A stretch of DNA of 49,242 bases from an uncultured Omnitrophica bacterium (GCA_947085655.1 CAMTXH010000004.1:1-49242), one strand, 5' to 3'; positions 1 to 8,981 are shown, counted from the first letter of the stretch. The notes: a model not told the origin generated them from the letters alone. Translations and numbers: made by a program.

Positions 1-47
1 CTAGTATCTAGCATCCGCCTTATTTTGCATTGTAGCATCTAGCATCC
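1..47. repeat. Short heptamer repeats (CTAGCAT-like), two tandem pairs
   Basis: ctagtat-ctagcat at 1-14 and gtagcat-ctagcat at 32-45; may be truncated by the window edge. Confidence 0.4.
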
Positions 48-58
48 CCTGATATAAT
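30..58 (+). promoter_or_regulatory. Sigma70-type promoter, probably giving a leaderless mRNA
   Basis: TTGTAG(30-35)-17 bp-TATAAT(53-58); ATG at 65 lies 6 nt after the -10 box. Confidence 0.55.
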
Positions 59-64
59 GGAGTT

Positions 65-229
65 ATGGAGTGCAAAATCTGCGGAGTTCACTTAGGCCGG
101 GAAAAGGAAGGATTCCAAAAGTCCGACGAATTCTACGACCGGGTCTGCTCCCGCTGTAACGGCCACGTCTGCAAAGCCCACCTCGTCATGGAAAGCCCTC
201 CCACCTGTACGGAATGTAGTGGGGACTAA
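65..229 (+). CDS. Small Cys-rich putative double zinc-finger protein, 54 aa (absent from the ORF track)
   Basis: Manual translation MECKICGVHLGREKEGFQKSDEFYDRVCSRCNGHVCKAHLVMESPPTCTECSGD*; CxxC-x21-CxxC-x4-CxxH-x8-CxxC; promoter directly upstream; stop abuts the convergent yjbQ stop. Confidence 0.75.
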   Translation: MECKICGVHLGREKEGFQKSDEFYDRVCSRCNGHVCKAHLVMESPPTCTECSGD

Positions 230-649
230 TTATTCTCCAACAATCGTAAAAATAACCTTGCGGTTTCTGGGTTGGGTGTCGAAGTCGAGTAAAACGACCT
301 GCTGCCAGGTGCCGAGTTTCAGTTTCCCGTCGAGGATGGGGATACTTACGGAAGGCCCTAAAAACGCAGCACGAAGGTGGGCATGGGCATTGTCATCGCC
401 CCAGTCCTCGGGATGTTTGTAGGGATAGTCGCGGGGAAAGAGCCGGTCAAACGCTTCCTTTAAATCCGCCACCGCCCCCTTCGCAAATTCCACCGTGGTC
501 ACCCCTGCCGTAGATCCCGGCACAAAAATAGTCGCAATCCCGGAGCGGATTTTGGATTTCGCCACCGCTTCAGCGACTGCATCGGTCAGGTTCAAGCAGT
601 CGTTATTTCCCTTGGTCTTGATTTCCTTGGTTTCGGAGTAGACAGGCAT
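230..649 (-). CDS. yjbQ: YjbQ/UPF0047 family protein (secondary thiamine-phosphate synthase)
   Basis: Motifs GSTAG, NAHAH, LGTWQ, DFD; start moved to ATG 649 (MPVYSET) because the longer ORF begins inside a repeat. Confidence 0.9.
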   Translation of the reverse strand: MPVYSETKEIKTKGNNDCLNLTDAVAEAVAKSKIRSGIATIFVPGSTAGVTTVEFAKGAVADLKEAFDRLFPRDYPYKHPEDWGDDNAHAHLRAAFLGPSVSIPILDGKLKLGTWQQVVLLDFDTQPRNRKVIFTIVGE

Positions 650-682
650 TTCTCGTAGGGGACGGTTTAAAGGATTAACTCT

Positions 683-738
683 TAGGGACAGTCCCCCCAC
701 AGAAGCGACTCAGAGAAGCGTATGGGGGACAGTCCCTA
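683..738. repeat. REP-like doublet GGGACAGTCCC x2
   Basis: gggacagtccc at 685-695 and 726-736 within an inverted tagggac...gtcccta frame; overlaps the nuoI stop codon. Confidence 0.75.
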
Positions 739-1251
739 TTCCGGATGGAGGAGCCGGTCCATGTCGTACCACATCTCTTCCCGGCTGTAGGCGGCGATGT
801 CCATAATCTGGGTGTCCATCCGGATCGCATCCTCCGGGCAGACCTCCACGCAGTAACCGCAATAGACACATTTCCCAAGGTCAATGTCAAAGCTCTTCGG
901 GACCTTTTCGATGTTCGGGTCCGGGTGTTCATCCGCAACGATATAAATACACCGGGCCGGACAGACCGTCTCGCACATCATGCAGGCGACGCATCGTGGA
1001 GAGCCGTCCTCCCTTTGCGTCAGGCGGTGGCGTGTCCTAAGACGGGAGGCGTAGGGACGGAGCTCTTCCGGATATTGAATGGTCACGGCGCCTTGAAGAT
1101 GTTTCAAAAGCCCGAAGCGATGGGCCGTGTGGATGAAAAGGTTCCTGAAGAAATGGCGGGAGGTAATCCAGAGTCCGCGGAGGACCTCCGGAACATACAT
1201 CCTCTCCCAGAAATTAAGCGGCCTGTGCTGGACGAGTTTGACCCCCATCAT
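736..1251 (-). CDS. nuoI: NADH-quinone oxidoreductase subunit I (copy 1)
   Basis: TIQYPEE; CVACMMCETVCP and CVYCGYCVEVCP 2x[4Fe-4S] motifs; operon context. Confidence 0.95.
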   Translation of the reverse strand: MMGVKLVQHRPLNFWERMYVPEVLRGLWITSRHFFRNLFIHTAHRFGLLKHLQGAVTIQYPEELRPYASRLRTRHRLTQREDGSPRCVACMMCETVCPARCIYIVADEHPDPNIEKVPKSFDIDLGKCVYCGYCVEVCPEDAIRMDTQIMDIAAYSREEMWYDMDRLLHPE

Positions 1252-2381
1252 TTGACCGTCAAGGTTTTGGTGAGCTGTGCGCCGTTATCTTTGGAGACAA
1301 TCTCAAAGTTGAGATTTTCCCTGGATAGCGACTCCTCGGTCCAGACCTTCTCCAGAAAGAAAATATAAGATTCGTAACAACTCGTGATGTCGAACTCCTG
1401 GATTTTCTGCGGAAGAATCAAAGGGCCCGGGGAGGAAGCGATGTAAGAAAGGTCTTTGCCGTTGATTCTGCAATTCAGGGAGACATTTCGAACCGGTTTG
1501 TCGCCGGTATTCCGGACACTCAAAACAAAAAGGGGCTTTCCCCCCTCCCCCGGGCCGATTCCCAGATCGACAAATGCATAAACCGTTCCGAAGTTTTCCT
1601 CCTCACGCCCTTTCAGATTCCGGTTGCAGGCAAAATCGATCCGGTTCCGGATCTCTCCTTCGCCCACCGTCACAGACGTGAGGAACTCTCCTGCATAATC
1701 ACCCGTATACACCGAAAAGTCGTTTTTCTCCGGATCCATATAGGGAAGTGCCGTATCCCAATAGGCGGTAACCCAGTATCTTCCCTTCGGGAGTGCCGGA
1801 ATTTGATACGGGACTGTCTTCCAGGCAATTTGATCCTTCGGGATCCGGATGTAAGCGGTCGGGTAAAGTTCGTTCACCATGACTGCGAAGAGATAGAGGT
1901 CACCCGTATCCTGCACCGGCGGAAGCGTCACAATTCCTTCGATGATTCCCTCCCCTTTCGGTTTGGGCGGCGGGGGCGGCAACTGTATAAATCCCCACTC
2001 CTGGTCCCGCACGCGCCACCGGTCGATGGTCCTTACAAGATAGACTGTTCCTTCCGATTTTCCGCCGTTCGGGTAATATCCCATGACCTTCAAAAAGGCA
2101 TTCTGCCCGCTAATTCTCTGGTTCAGGACCTCCACCTCGGGCGGAACAACCTGATGCATTTGAAGAATGGTGTTGGTAATCGCTTTTTCGTCATCGGCGA
2201 TCGATTCTTTCGGAAGCCAACGGGCGCGGACTTTTTCCATGTCAAGGTTCCGGAGGGCGGTGTGAAAAGCGTAATACGTCTCTTTTGGCTCCGACTCCAC
2301 CTGCCGGATGAATCCCTCTGCCGCCGGTGAAGCGGCCACACAGATCAAGGTCACGCTGAATGCGGCTGCCCACTTTTTCAT
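1248..2381 (-). CDS. Hypothetical exported multi-domain protein inside the nuo operon, 377 aa
   Basis: N-terminal signal peptide (MKKWAAAFSVTLICVAASPAAEG), poly-Pro linker, beta-rich C-terminal part; starts 3 bp after nuoH and overlaps the nuoI start by 4 bp. Confidence 0.8.
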   Translation of the reverse strand: MKKWAAAFSVTLICVAASPAAEGFIRQVESEPKETYYAFHTALRNLDMEKVRARWLPKESIADDEKAITNTILQMHQVVPPEVEVLNQRISGQNAFLKVMGYYPNGGKSEGTVYLVRTIDRWRVRDQEWGFIQLPPPPPKPKGEGIIEGIVTLPPVQDTGDLYLFAVMVNELYPTAYIRIPKDQIAWKTVPYQIPALPKGRYWVTAYWDTALPYMDPEKNDFSVYTGDYAGEFLTSVTVGEGEIRNRIDFACNRNLKGREEENFGTVYAFVDLGIGPGEGGKPLFVLSVRNTGDKPVRNVSLNCRINGKDLSYIASSPGPLILPQKIQEFDITSCYESYIFFLEKVWTEESLSRENLNFEIVSKDNGAQLTKTLTVK

Positions 2382-2384
2382 GGA

Positions 2385-3464
2385 TTAGATCAAAAGAACA
2401 AGGCCCGTTACCACGATATTCGCCAGCGAAAGCGGAAGAATCATCTTCCACCCAAGCCGCATCAGCTGGTCGTACCGGAATCGGGGGAGGGTCCAGCGAA
2501 TCGTCATGAGAAGCCAGCAAAAAAATATGACCTTAAATGTAAATGCCCCAACTCCCAAAAGCACCACCGGAAAATGCGGCAAGGAAATGACCGTTCCCCA
2601 TGGAAAATGAAACCCGCTTGGATAAAGATATGGAATCTGCCAGCCGCCGAAAAAAAGAGTCGTCATCAAACAGGCCAGAAGAACCGTTTCGATAAAATCG
2701 GCAAGGAAAAACATCCCGAATTTCATTCCGCTATATTCGACAAAATAGCCGATGATCTCCGATTCCCCCTCCGGAAGATCAAAGGGGATCCGTTTGGTTT
2801 CCGCCATCGCCGCGACAAAGAAAAGGAGCGCGGCAAGCGGCTGGACCACCACCCCCCATTTCGGAAGCCAGCCCCAGAAATAAGCGCCCTGTCCCCGGAC
2901 AATCGCCTGCGGGCTCATCGATTCAAAGACCATTACGACACCGAGAAGTGCCACTCCCATCGTCACCTCATACGAAATCATCTGGCTTGAGGCGCGAAGC
3001 CCGCCGAGAAAAGAGTAGTTATTGTTCGAGGAGATGCCGGCCAGGACAACACCATAGACCCCCATCGAGGTCATCGCAAAAATATAGAGGAGTCCCACCG
3101 GAAGGTCGGCCACCTGAAGTTCGATGGCCCGTCCGCCGATCCGGAGCGCGTCTCCGAAGGGAATTGTGGCAAAGGCGGGAAGAGCAAAAAAGACCGATAG
3201 AAAAGGCGCAAGCGTATAAAGGACCTTGTCCGCACCCCTTGGGACGAAATCCTCCTTTGTCAGCATCTTTAGAACATCCGCAAGAGGATGAAAAAGCCCC
3301 AGAATCCGGATGCCGAAGATGGAGGCGCGGTTTGCGCCGATCCGGTCCTGCATGACGGCACTTTGTTTCCGCTCCACCCAGGTCAGGAGTCCCGAAAGAT
3401 TCAGTACTCCCAGGAGCATAATAACTGCAAGAACTGCTTTAATTCCTATCTCAACCCCCATCAT
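2385..3464 (-). CDS. nuoH: NADH-quinone oxidoreductase subunit H (copy 1)
   Basis: ERK...QDRIGANR, KEDFVP, SYEV, AETKRIPFDLPEGESE, RWTLPRFRYDQLM. Confidence 0.96.
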   Translation of the reverse strand: MMGVEIGIKAVLAVIMLLGVLNLSGLLTWVERKQSAVMQDRIGANRASIFGIRILGLFHPLADVLKMLTKEDFVPRGADKVLYTLAPFLSVFFALPAFATIPFGDALRIGGRAIELQVADLPVGLLYIFAMTSMGVYGVVLAGISSNNNYSFLGGLRASSQMISYEVTMGVALLGVVMVFESMSPQAIVRGQGAYFWGWLPKWGVVVQPLAALLFFVAAMAETKRIPFDLPEGESEIIGYFVEYSGMKFGMFFLADFIETVLLACLMTTLFFGGWQIPYLYPSGFHFPWGTVISLPHFPVVLLGVGAFTFKVIFFCWLLMTIRWTLPRFRYDQLMRLGWKMILPLSLANIVVTGLVLLI

Positions 3465-3479
3465 CCCTCTTTATGAATG

Positions 3480-3595
3480 TAGACGCTTTACGAAACTTAT
3501 TTAATAACAAGATATTAGAAATAAATCCTGACACCTCCTCACACACAAATTTATTTTTAACTATTTTCATCATAAATAGTTACGTAAAGCGTCTA
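3480..3595. mobile_element. MITE-like element, copy 1
   Basis: 13-bp perfect terminal IR TAGACGCTTTACG (3480-3492) / CGTAAAGCGTCTA (3583-3595) around an AT-rich core; second copy at 30727-30853. Confidence 0.75.
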
Positions 3596-5140
3596 TATTT
3601 TTATTCCTTCCTTGCCAAGGGTTTCGTAGGAGAGGCCGCGGAAGGCCGGGATAGCGCCTGCAAGGGCCGAAAAAATCGACTCCGGAGTCCCGGCCGCGAC
3701 CGGTTTCCCCATTTTCTCCGAAAGCCGCCTCAGGATCTCTGCATCCGGCAAAGATGCCCCAAGCGGCTCGAGTGCTTTCCAGAACCGCTGAACCCTTCCG
3801 GCATGATTCGTAAAGGTTCCCTCTTTCTCCGCATAGGTGGCGCTCGGAAGGACAAAGTGTGCTTTGGAGACAGTGCTATTACGGTTACTTCCCTGGAAAA
3901 TAAGAAGTTCGAGTTTATCCGTAAGATTTTTTCCGTTGAAAAGGGCCTCCACATCCTGCCCGAAGGCGTACATGCCTTTAATGGTTCTCTTTTCGATTCC
4001 TTCCATTAATTTTTGGGGTGAGATTTTCGAAAAACCGATTGCCTCCGCTCCGCGGGTATTCGGATTCTTGTCCGATTTGATCAGGAAGTCATCCTCATCC
4101 CCGGGCGGATTGGGACTTAAAAGGGCGACCTGCCTCAATCCGAGGGACTCAAAAAATTTCTTCGCAACAAATAGTTCCTCATTGGCGAGTTGAGGCGAAA
4201 CTAAAACCGAAAAAGCCTCTTTTCCCCGTTTTTCAAAGAAGGCGTTAAGAGCGCCGGCCGTCTGCCCGAGGAGATCTTCCCAATCCGCCTCGAGGAGTCT
4301 CTCTCTATCAATGAATTTGTAACCGTAGCGGCCGGCATCGCACATCCACCACTGGTTCACCTCTTTGTTGAAACGGGGCTTGAGGCGCATCACCCGCTCC
4401 CCCTTCGCATGATGCGGACGGTCCTTGTTCACATGAATCTGGATGTTGCACCCCTGACTGCAGCCGTTACAGACCGAATCGGCCGATTCCAGATACCAGA
4501 CCCGGCATTTGAACCGGAAATCCCGGTCGGTGAGCGCCCCCACCGGGCAGATATCCACCACATTTCCGGAATAGGGGTTGTCGAATTCCTTGCCCGGATA
4601 AATCCCGATTTCGGAATGATCCCCACGGTCAAAAATCCCGAGTTCGTGCGATTTTGAAATCTCGTCGGTGAAGCGGACGCAGCGGGAGCAGAGAATGCAC
4701 CGTTCGGAATCGAGCGCCACATTCGGGCCGATCGGTGCCGCCTTGAAATGCTTTTTGACTTTTTGTTCGTTGAATTTCGGGTTGTAGAGCCCGTACTCCA
4801 TGTAGTAATCCTGGAGCCAGCACTCCCCCGCCTGATCGCAGACCGGACAATCGAGGGGATGATTGATCAAAAGAAATTCAAGAACCGCCTCGCGGAGCTT
4901 TCCGACCTCTTCGCTTGAGGCATCAATAACCATCCCGTCCTGACAAAGGGTTTGGCAGGCGATAATCGGCTTCGGGGACTTTTCCATCTTCACCAGACAC
5001 ATCCGGCAGTTCCCGGCGATCGAGAGGCCCGGGTGGTAGCAATAATAAGGAATGGCGATGCCGAGTTTTTCGGCTGCCTGGATGAGGTTGGTGCCCGGTT
5101 CTACCGTAATACTTTTTCCGTCAATCGTAAGTGTTGGCAT
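3593..5140 (-). CDS. nuoG: NADH-quinone oxidoreductase subunit G, short 515-aa form
   Basis: CYHPGLSIAGNCRMC, HPLDCPVCDQAGEC, CILCSRC...CPVGAL, CNGCSQGC...C; start at ATG 5140 (MPTLTIDG) with AGAGGA upstream. Confidence 0.93.
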   Translation of the reverse strand: MPTLTIDGKSITVEPGTNLIQAAEKLGIAIPYYCYHPGLSIAGNCRMCLVKMEKSPKPIIACQTLCQDGMVIDASSEEVGKLREAVLEFLLINHPLDCPVCDQAGECWLQDYYMEYGLYNPKFNEQKVKKHFKAAPIGPNVALDSERCILCSRCVRFTDEISKSHELGIFDRGDHSEIGIYPGKEFDNPYSGNVVDICPVGALTDRDFRFKCRVWYLESADSVCNGCSQGCNIQIHVNKDRPHHAKGERVMRLKPRFNKEVNQWWMCDAGRYGYKFIDRERLLEADWEDLLGQTAGALNAFFEKRGKEAFSVLVSPQLANEELFVAKKFFESLGLRQVALLSPNPPGDEDDFLIKSDKNPNTRGAEAIGFSKISPQKLMEGIEKRTIKGMYAFGQDVEALFNGKNLTDKLELLIFQGSNRNSTVSKAHFVLPSATYAEKEGTFTNHAGRVQRFWKALEPLGASLPDAEILRRLSEKMGKPVAAGTPESIFSALAGAIPAFRGLSYETLGKEGIKI

Positions 5141-5152
5141 TGTACGTCCTCT

Positions 5153-5240
5153 GCCTCGGGGTCCTGCCGCGGCGACTTTCCCGCCATGCTCGCTCCCGCT
5201 GCGCCTGGCGGGAGCCCTTGTCGCCGCGTCACCCCTCGGC
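5153..5240 (-). ncRNA. Conserved structured element (putative RNA), copy 1
   Basis: GCCGAGGGGTGAC...AGGGCTCCC...GGGA...GGCAGGACCCCGAGGC shared with 47250-47342; inner stems covary between copies. Confidence 0.6.
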
Positions 5241-7037
5241 AAATACCGATTGAGTGCTCTTCAGCTCACATCTACCTGATTCGATATGATGTACAAATTC
5301 TTCCCGGAATTTAACCGGGTAGCTGGAAAAGGGCATCGCTGCGCCGTCGGCAAAGGCACAGATGGTGTTTCCGGCCATGTTGGAGGCGATGTGGAGGAGT
5401 GTGTCCAGATCCTCCATCCTCCCTTTTCCCTCGTAAATCCGCTTGACCACTTTATAGTACCAGCCGGTCCCCTCCCGGCAGGGAGAACATTGACCGCATG
5501 ACTCATGCGCAAAAAAGCGGGCCGTCACCAAAAGAGCCTCCACCATGCAGACCGTCTCATCCATCACGATGATGCCGGCCGAGCCAAGCATCGTCTTTAC
5601 CTTCTTAAGCGACTCGTAATCAAGGCCGACCTCAATCTCATCCGCTTTTAGGACCGCGGCCGACATCCCTCCCGGCACCACCGCCTTCAAAAGCCGCCCT
5701 TCCCGAATGCCCCCCGCATATCGGAAAATAAGATCCTTAAGGGAAGTTCCCATCGGGAGTTCATAAATCCCCGGACGTCCCACGTGGCCGCTGACGCTAT
5801 AAAGATGCGTTCCCCCGTTTTTCTCGCACCCCAAATCCGAAAAAAACTTCCCTCCCTTTTCAACGATGGTCGGAAGACAGGCAAGCGTCTCGACATTGTT
5901 GATAATCGTGGGGCACTGAAAAAGACCCACAATCGCCGGAAAAGGAGGCTTGAGGCGCGGGAACCCTTTCTTTCCTTCCAGGGATTCAAGGAGCGCTGTC
6001 TCTTCCCCGCAGATATAGGCCCCGGCGCCGAGGTGGATGAGGATCTCCAGGTCAAAACCGGTTCCAAAAATATTTTTTCCCAAAACCCCTTTCGAATACG
6101 CCTCATCCACCGCCTGTTGAAGAATCCGGGCCGGCTGCACATACTCCCCCCGGATATAAACATACGCCTTATGGCTTTGAATCGCATAACAGGTGATTAA
6201 AATTCCTTCGATTAAAAGGTGCGGGTCCCGCTCAAGAATATACCGGTCTTTAAAAGTCCCCGGCTCACCCTCATCTGCATTCACGGCAAGATAAACCGGT
6301 TTTTTTCGATCCTTCGGGAGGAATCCCCATTTCATTCCGGCCGGGAACCCGGCGCCGCCGAACCCCCGGAGGTTGGAGGTCTTTACCTCCTCCACAATTT
6401 GTTCCGGCTTCATGGTTTTGAGTGCCTTCTCTGCCGCTTTGTAACCGCCTCCCTTTAAGTAGGTCTCGATTTTGATAGAATCTTTCACCCGGAACCGTTT
6501 GGAAAGAATCGGCTCGCGAAGGGGGCTTTCAATCGCCGCCTCATCCGGTTCCCCCACCCGCTTCCCGGTGTATTGATCCAAAATTTGATCCACTTTCTCC
6601 TTCGTGAGGAATCCGTAATAGTCATCCCCCACTTGCATCATCGGGGCAATTTCACAGGCGCAGAGACACTCAACGCTATCCAGACGGAACTTCCCGTCTG
6701 GCGTACTTTCTCCGACGTCGATTCCGAGTTTCTCTTTGACGTAATCGAGGATTCCGTCTCCGCCGAGGAGATTGCAACTTAAGTTCCGGCAGGCCCGGAT
6801 CGGGGTCTTGCCGCACGGTTTTTTTTCGTAAAGGGTGTAGAAACTTGTCGCCTCCCGAACCTTTACAATCGGAAGGTCGAGCGCTTCTGCAACCGTCTCC
6901 TCGACATCGGGTGAGATGTAACCGTTCTGCTCCTGGGCAAGATGGAGCACCGGAAGCATCGCCGCCTGCCGGGTCTCATACTGTTTGAGAATCTCTTTGA
7001 TTTTTTTCTGGTTTTCGGTGCTGAAGACAAACGGCAT
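5229..7037 (-). CDS. nuoEF: Fused NADH-quinone oxidoreductase subunits E and F
   Basis: N-terminal NuoE (CRNLSC...CLCAC...APMM) is continuous with NuoF (NADEGEPGTFKDR, GAGAYICGEETAL, ESCGQCSPCREG, TICAF); start at ATG 7037, just after the nuoD stop. Confidence 0.93.
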   Translation of the reverse strand: MPFVFSTENQKKIKEILKQYETRQAAMLPVLHLAQEQNGYISPDVEETVAEALDLPIVKVREATSFYTLYEKKPCGKTPIRACRNLSCNLLGGDGILDYVKEKLGIDVGESTPDGKFRLDSVECLCACEIAPMMQVGDDYYGFLTKEKVDQILDQYTGKRVGEPDEAAIESPLREPILSKRFRVKDSIKIETYLKGGGYKAAEKALKTMKPEQIVEEVKTSNLRGFGGAGFPAGMKWGFLPKDRKKPVYLAVNADEGEPGTFKDRYILERDPHLLIEGILITCYAIQSHKAYVYIRGEYVQPARILQQAVDEAYSKGVLGKNIFGTGFDLEILIHLGAGAYICGEETALLESLEGKKGFPRLKPPFPAIVGLFQCPTIINNVETLACLPTIVEKGGKFFSDLGCEKNGGTHLYSVSGHVGRPGIYELPMGTSLKDLIFRYAGGIREGRLLKAVVPGGMSAAVLKADEIEVGLDYESLKKVKTMLGSAGIIVMDETVCMVEALLVTARFFAHESCGQCSPCREGTGWYYKVVKRIYEGKGRMEDLDTLLHIASNMAGNTICAFADGAAMPFSSYPVKFREEFVHHIESGRCELKSTQSVFAEG

Positions 7038-7038
7038 T

Positions 7039-8397
7039 TTAGCGGTCGAGTTCTCCTGCAATCATGTTGACAGAGCCAAAGGTTGGGACAATATCGGCCA
7101 TCATACCGCCGATAAGGAGGGCCGGGAGGGCGTTCATGATCGGAAAACAGGGCGGGCGGACCCGGACGCGGTAGGGTCGGTCCGAACCGTTACTCACCAC
7201 ATAAAAGCCAAGTTCCCCGTTCGCCCCTTCCACCGCCTGATACGCTTCTCCTTTGGGCGGCCGGATCCCATGCCCCACCATCACCAATTTGAAATGGTCC
7301 ATCAGTCCCTCGATATTGCCGTAGGTGTCTTCCTTCGGGGGGAGAACAATCTTTTTCTCCGGCGCATTGATAAGAGGATGGCGGTCTCCGCTTGTTCCCT
7401 CAAGCGTCGGGTCCATCCGGACCGTTTTCTGTTTGAATCCGGCGGTCCGGCCCATCTTTGCTTCATCCACCATGAAATCGGCCGGAATTTCATTGCCCCG
7501 CTCGTCCACCATGACCGCCCCGCCCGGGATCTTGGAGAATGCCTGTTCCACAATCCGCATACTCTGCTCCATCTCCTCCATCCGGACCAGGTACCGGTCG
7601 AGATTATCCCCTCCCTCGGCGATCGGGATATCAAAATCGAATTGGTCATAGACAAGATACGGCTGACTCCTCCGGACATCGTAATCCACCCCGGTCGCCC
7701 GGAGGAAAGGACCCGTGATCCCGTACGAGACGGCATCCTCTTTGGAAATGACCCCAACCCCTTTCATCCGGTCGACGAAAATCCGGTTCCGGGTGAGGAG
7801 TTTGTCCACTTCTTTCAAAATGCTCCGGACTTCTTTAAAGGTTGGGGCGACTTTTTCCTTGAACCCCTCTGGCAAATCCGCCTTCACTCCTCCGACCCGG
7901 CTATAGGAGATGGTGAGTCGCGCGCCTGTGACCGCTTCTACCAGCTCCCACAAAAACTCCCGCGCCTTGATCATATAAAGGAAGACGGTAAAAGCACCCA
8001 GTTCCATGGCGGAAGCGCCGATACAGGTCAGGTGGTCCGTGATCCGGGAGATTTCGCTCATGATGACGCGTATATAGTCGCACCGCTCCGTCGTTTCGAT
8101 GCCGAGAAGTTTTTCAACCGCCATGCAGTAGCCGACATTGTTGATAAGAGGGGAAACATAATTGAGCCGGTCGGTATAAGGAATGGCATTGTTGTAGGGA
8201 CCGACCTCGCACATCTTCTCGAATCCGCGGTGGAGGTATCCGATCTCCGCATCCGCGCCGGTGACCGTTTCCCCGTCGAGTTCCACGACGATCCGGATGA
8301 CGCCATGCATCGCCGGATGACTCGGACCGACGTTTAAAAGAAGGGTGCGTGTCTCGGCTTTTCCTGTTCTCTGAATTTCTTCCGCTAATTTTTCCAT
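7039..8397 (-). CDS. nuoD: NADH-quinone oxidoreductase subunit D (copy 1)
   Basis: GPSHPAMHG, GYLHRGFEK, DRLNY, C-terminal GELDR; no NiFe CxxC motifs. Confidence 0.96.
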   Translation of the reverse strand: MEKLAEEIQRTGKAETRTLLLNVGPSHPAMHGVIRIVVELDGETVTGADAEIGYLHRGFEKMCEVGPYNNAIPYTDRLNYVSPLINNVGYCMAVEKLLGIETTERCDYIRVIMSEISRITDHLTCIGASAMELGAFTVFLYMIKAREFLWELVEAVTGARLTISYSRVGGVKADLPEGFKEKVAPTFKEVRSILKEVDKLLTRNRIFVDRMKGVGVISKEDAVSYGITGPFLRATGVDYDVRRSQPYLVYDQFDFDIPIAEGGDNLDRYLVRMEEMEQSMRIVEQAFSKIPGGAVMVDERGNEIPADFMVDEAKMGRTAGFKQKTVRMDPTLEGTSGDRHPLINAPEKKIVLPPKEDTYGNIEGLMDHFKLVMVGHGIRPPKGEAYQAVEGANGELGFYVVSNGSDRPYRVRVRPPCFPIMNALPALLIGGMMADIVPTFGSVNMIAGELDR

Positions 8398-8981
8398 CAG
8401 TTAATCGGCCCAATGAGAGGTTGGCGCTTGTTCACCGGGTAATCCTTCCGGAGCGGATGCCCCTCAAATGGTTCATACATCAGAATTCGCTTCAAATTCG
8501 GATGTCCCTTGAACCGGATGCCGAACATGTCCCAGACCTCCCGCTCAAACCAGTCCGCCCCTTTCCAGAGCGACACAAGCGAATCGACTTCCGCCCCTTT
8601 CTCTTCAACCGGCACTTTCAGCCGGAGCCGGTGGTGTTTGGAATGGGAATAAAAGTGATAGGCCACTTCAAACCGCGTTCTTGCCTCTTCAGGGCGTTCC
8701 CATTTTTCCCCTTTAGGGTCCTTTTTCGGTTTCATATAAAAAGGAAGGGGCGATGGTGTAAACGTGGTAGGGGCACTGGCAGGAACCTGGTCAAATTTCA
8801 GATAATCAACGCAGGTCAGGTCCATCAGGAAATTGAAATCAAGTTCCGGGTCCTCCTTTAAGGCCCGGGCCATCTCAAAGAGTCCCTCTTTTTTTAGAAT
8901 GACCGTGTCATCCCCCCGATATTGATGGGTGGCAATGACAATTTTCGGAAAGCGGTTTTTGAGGATTTCGGAGATCATCAT
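8397..8981 (-). CDS. nuoC: NADH-quinone oxidoreductase subunit C (copy 1)
   Basis: DLTCVDY, EREVWDMFGI.F.GHPNLKRILM, GHPLRKDYP. Confidence 0.95.
   Translation of the reverse strand: MMISEILKNRFPKIVIATHQYRGDDTVILKKEGLFEMARALKEDPELDFNFLMDLTCVDYLKFDQVPASAPTTFTPSPLPFYMKPKKDPKGEKWERPEEARTRFEVAYHFYSHSKHHRLRLKVPVEEKGAEVDSLVSLWKGADWFEREVWDMFGIRFKGHPNLKRILMYEPFEGHPLRKDYPVNKRQPLIGPIN

Noticed and set aside
5140-5231. UGA plus hairpin as a SECIS/readthrough fusing NuoEF to NuoG
   Set aside because: The readthrough frame is not the nuoG frame, the UGA is not at a Cys-equivalent position, and the same element occurs in non-coding DNA at 47250
6985-8337. Long antisense ORFs (450 aa here; also 37745-39376, 14364-15389, 45703-46647, 41028-41921)
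   Set aside because: They lie opposite well-supported genes, show no recognisable motifs, and are expected shadows of GC-rich codon usage
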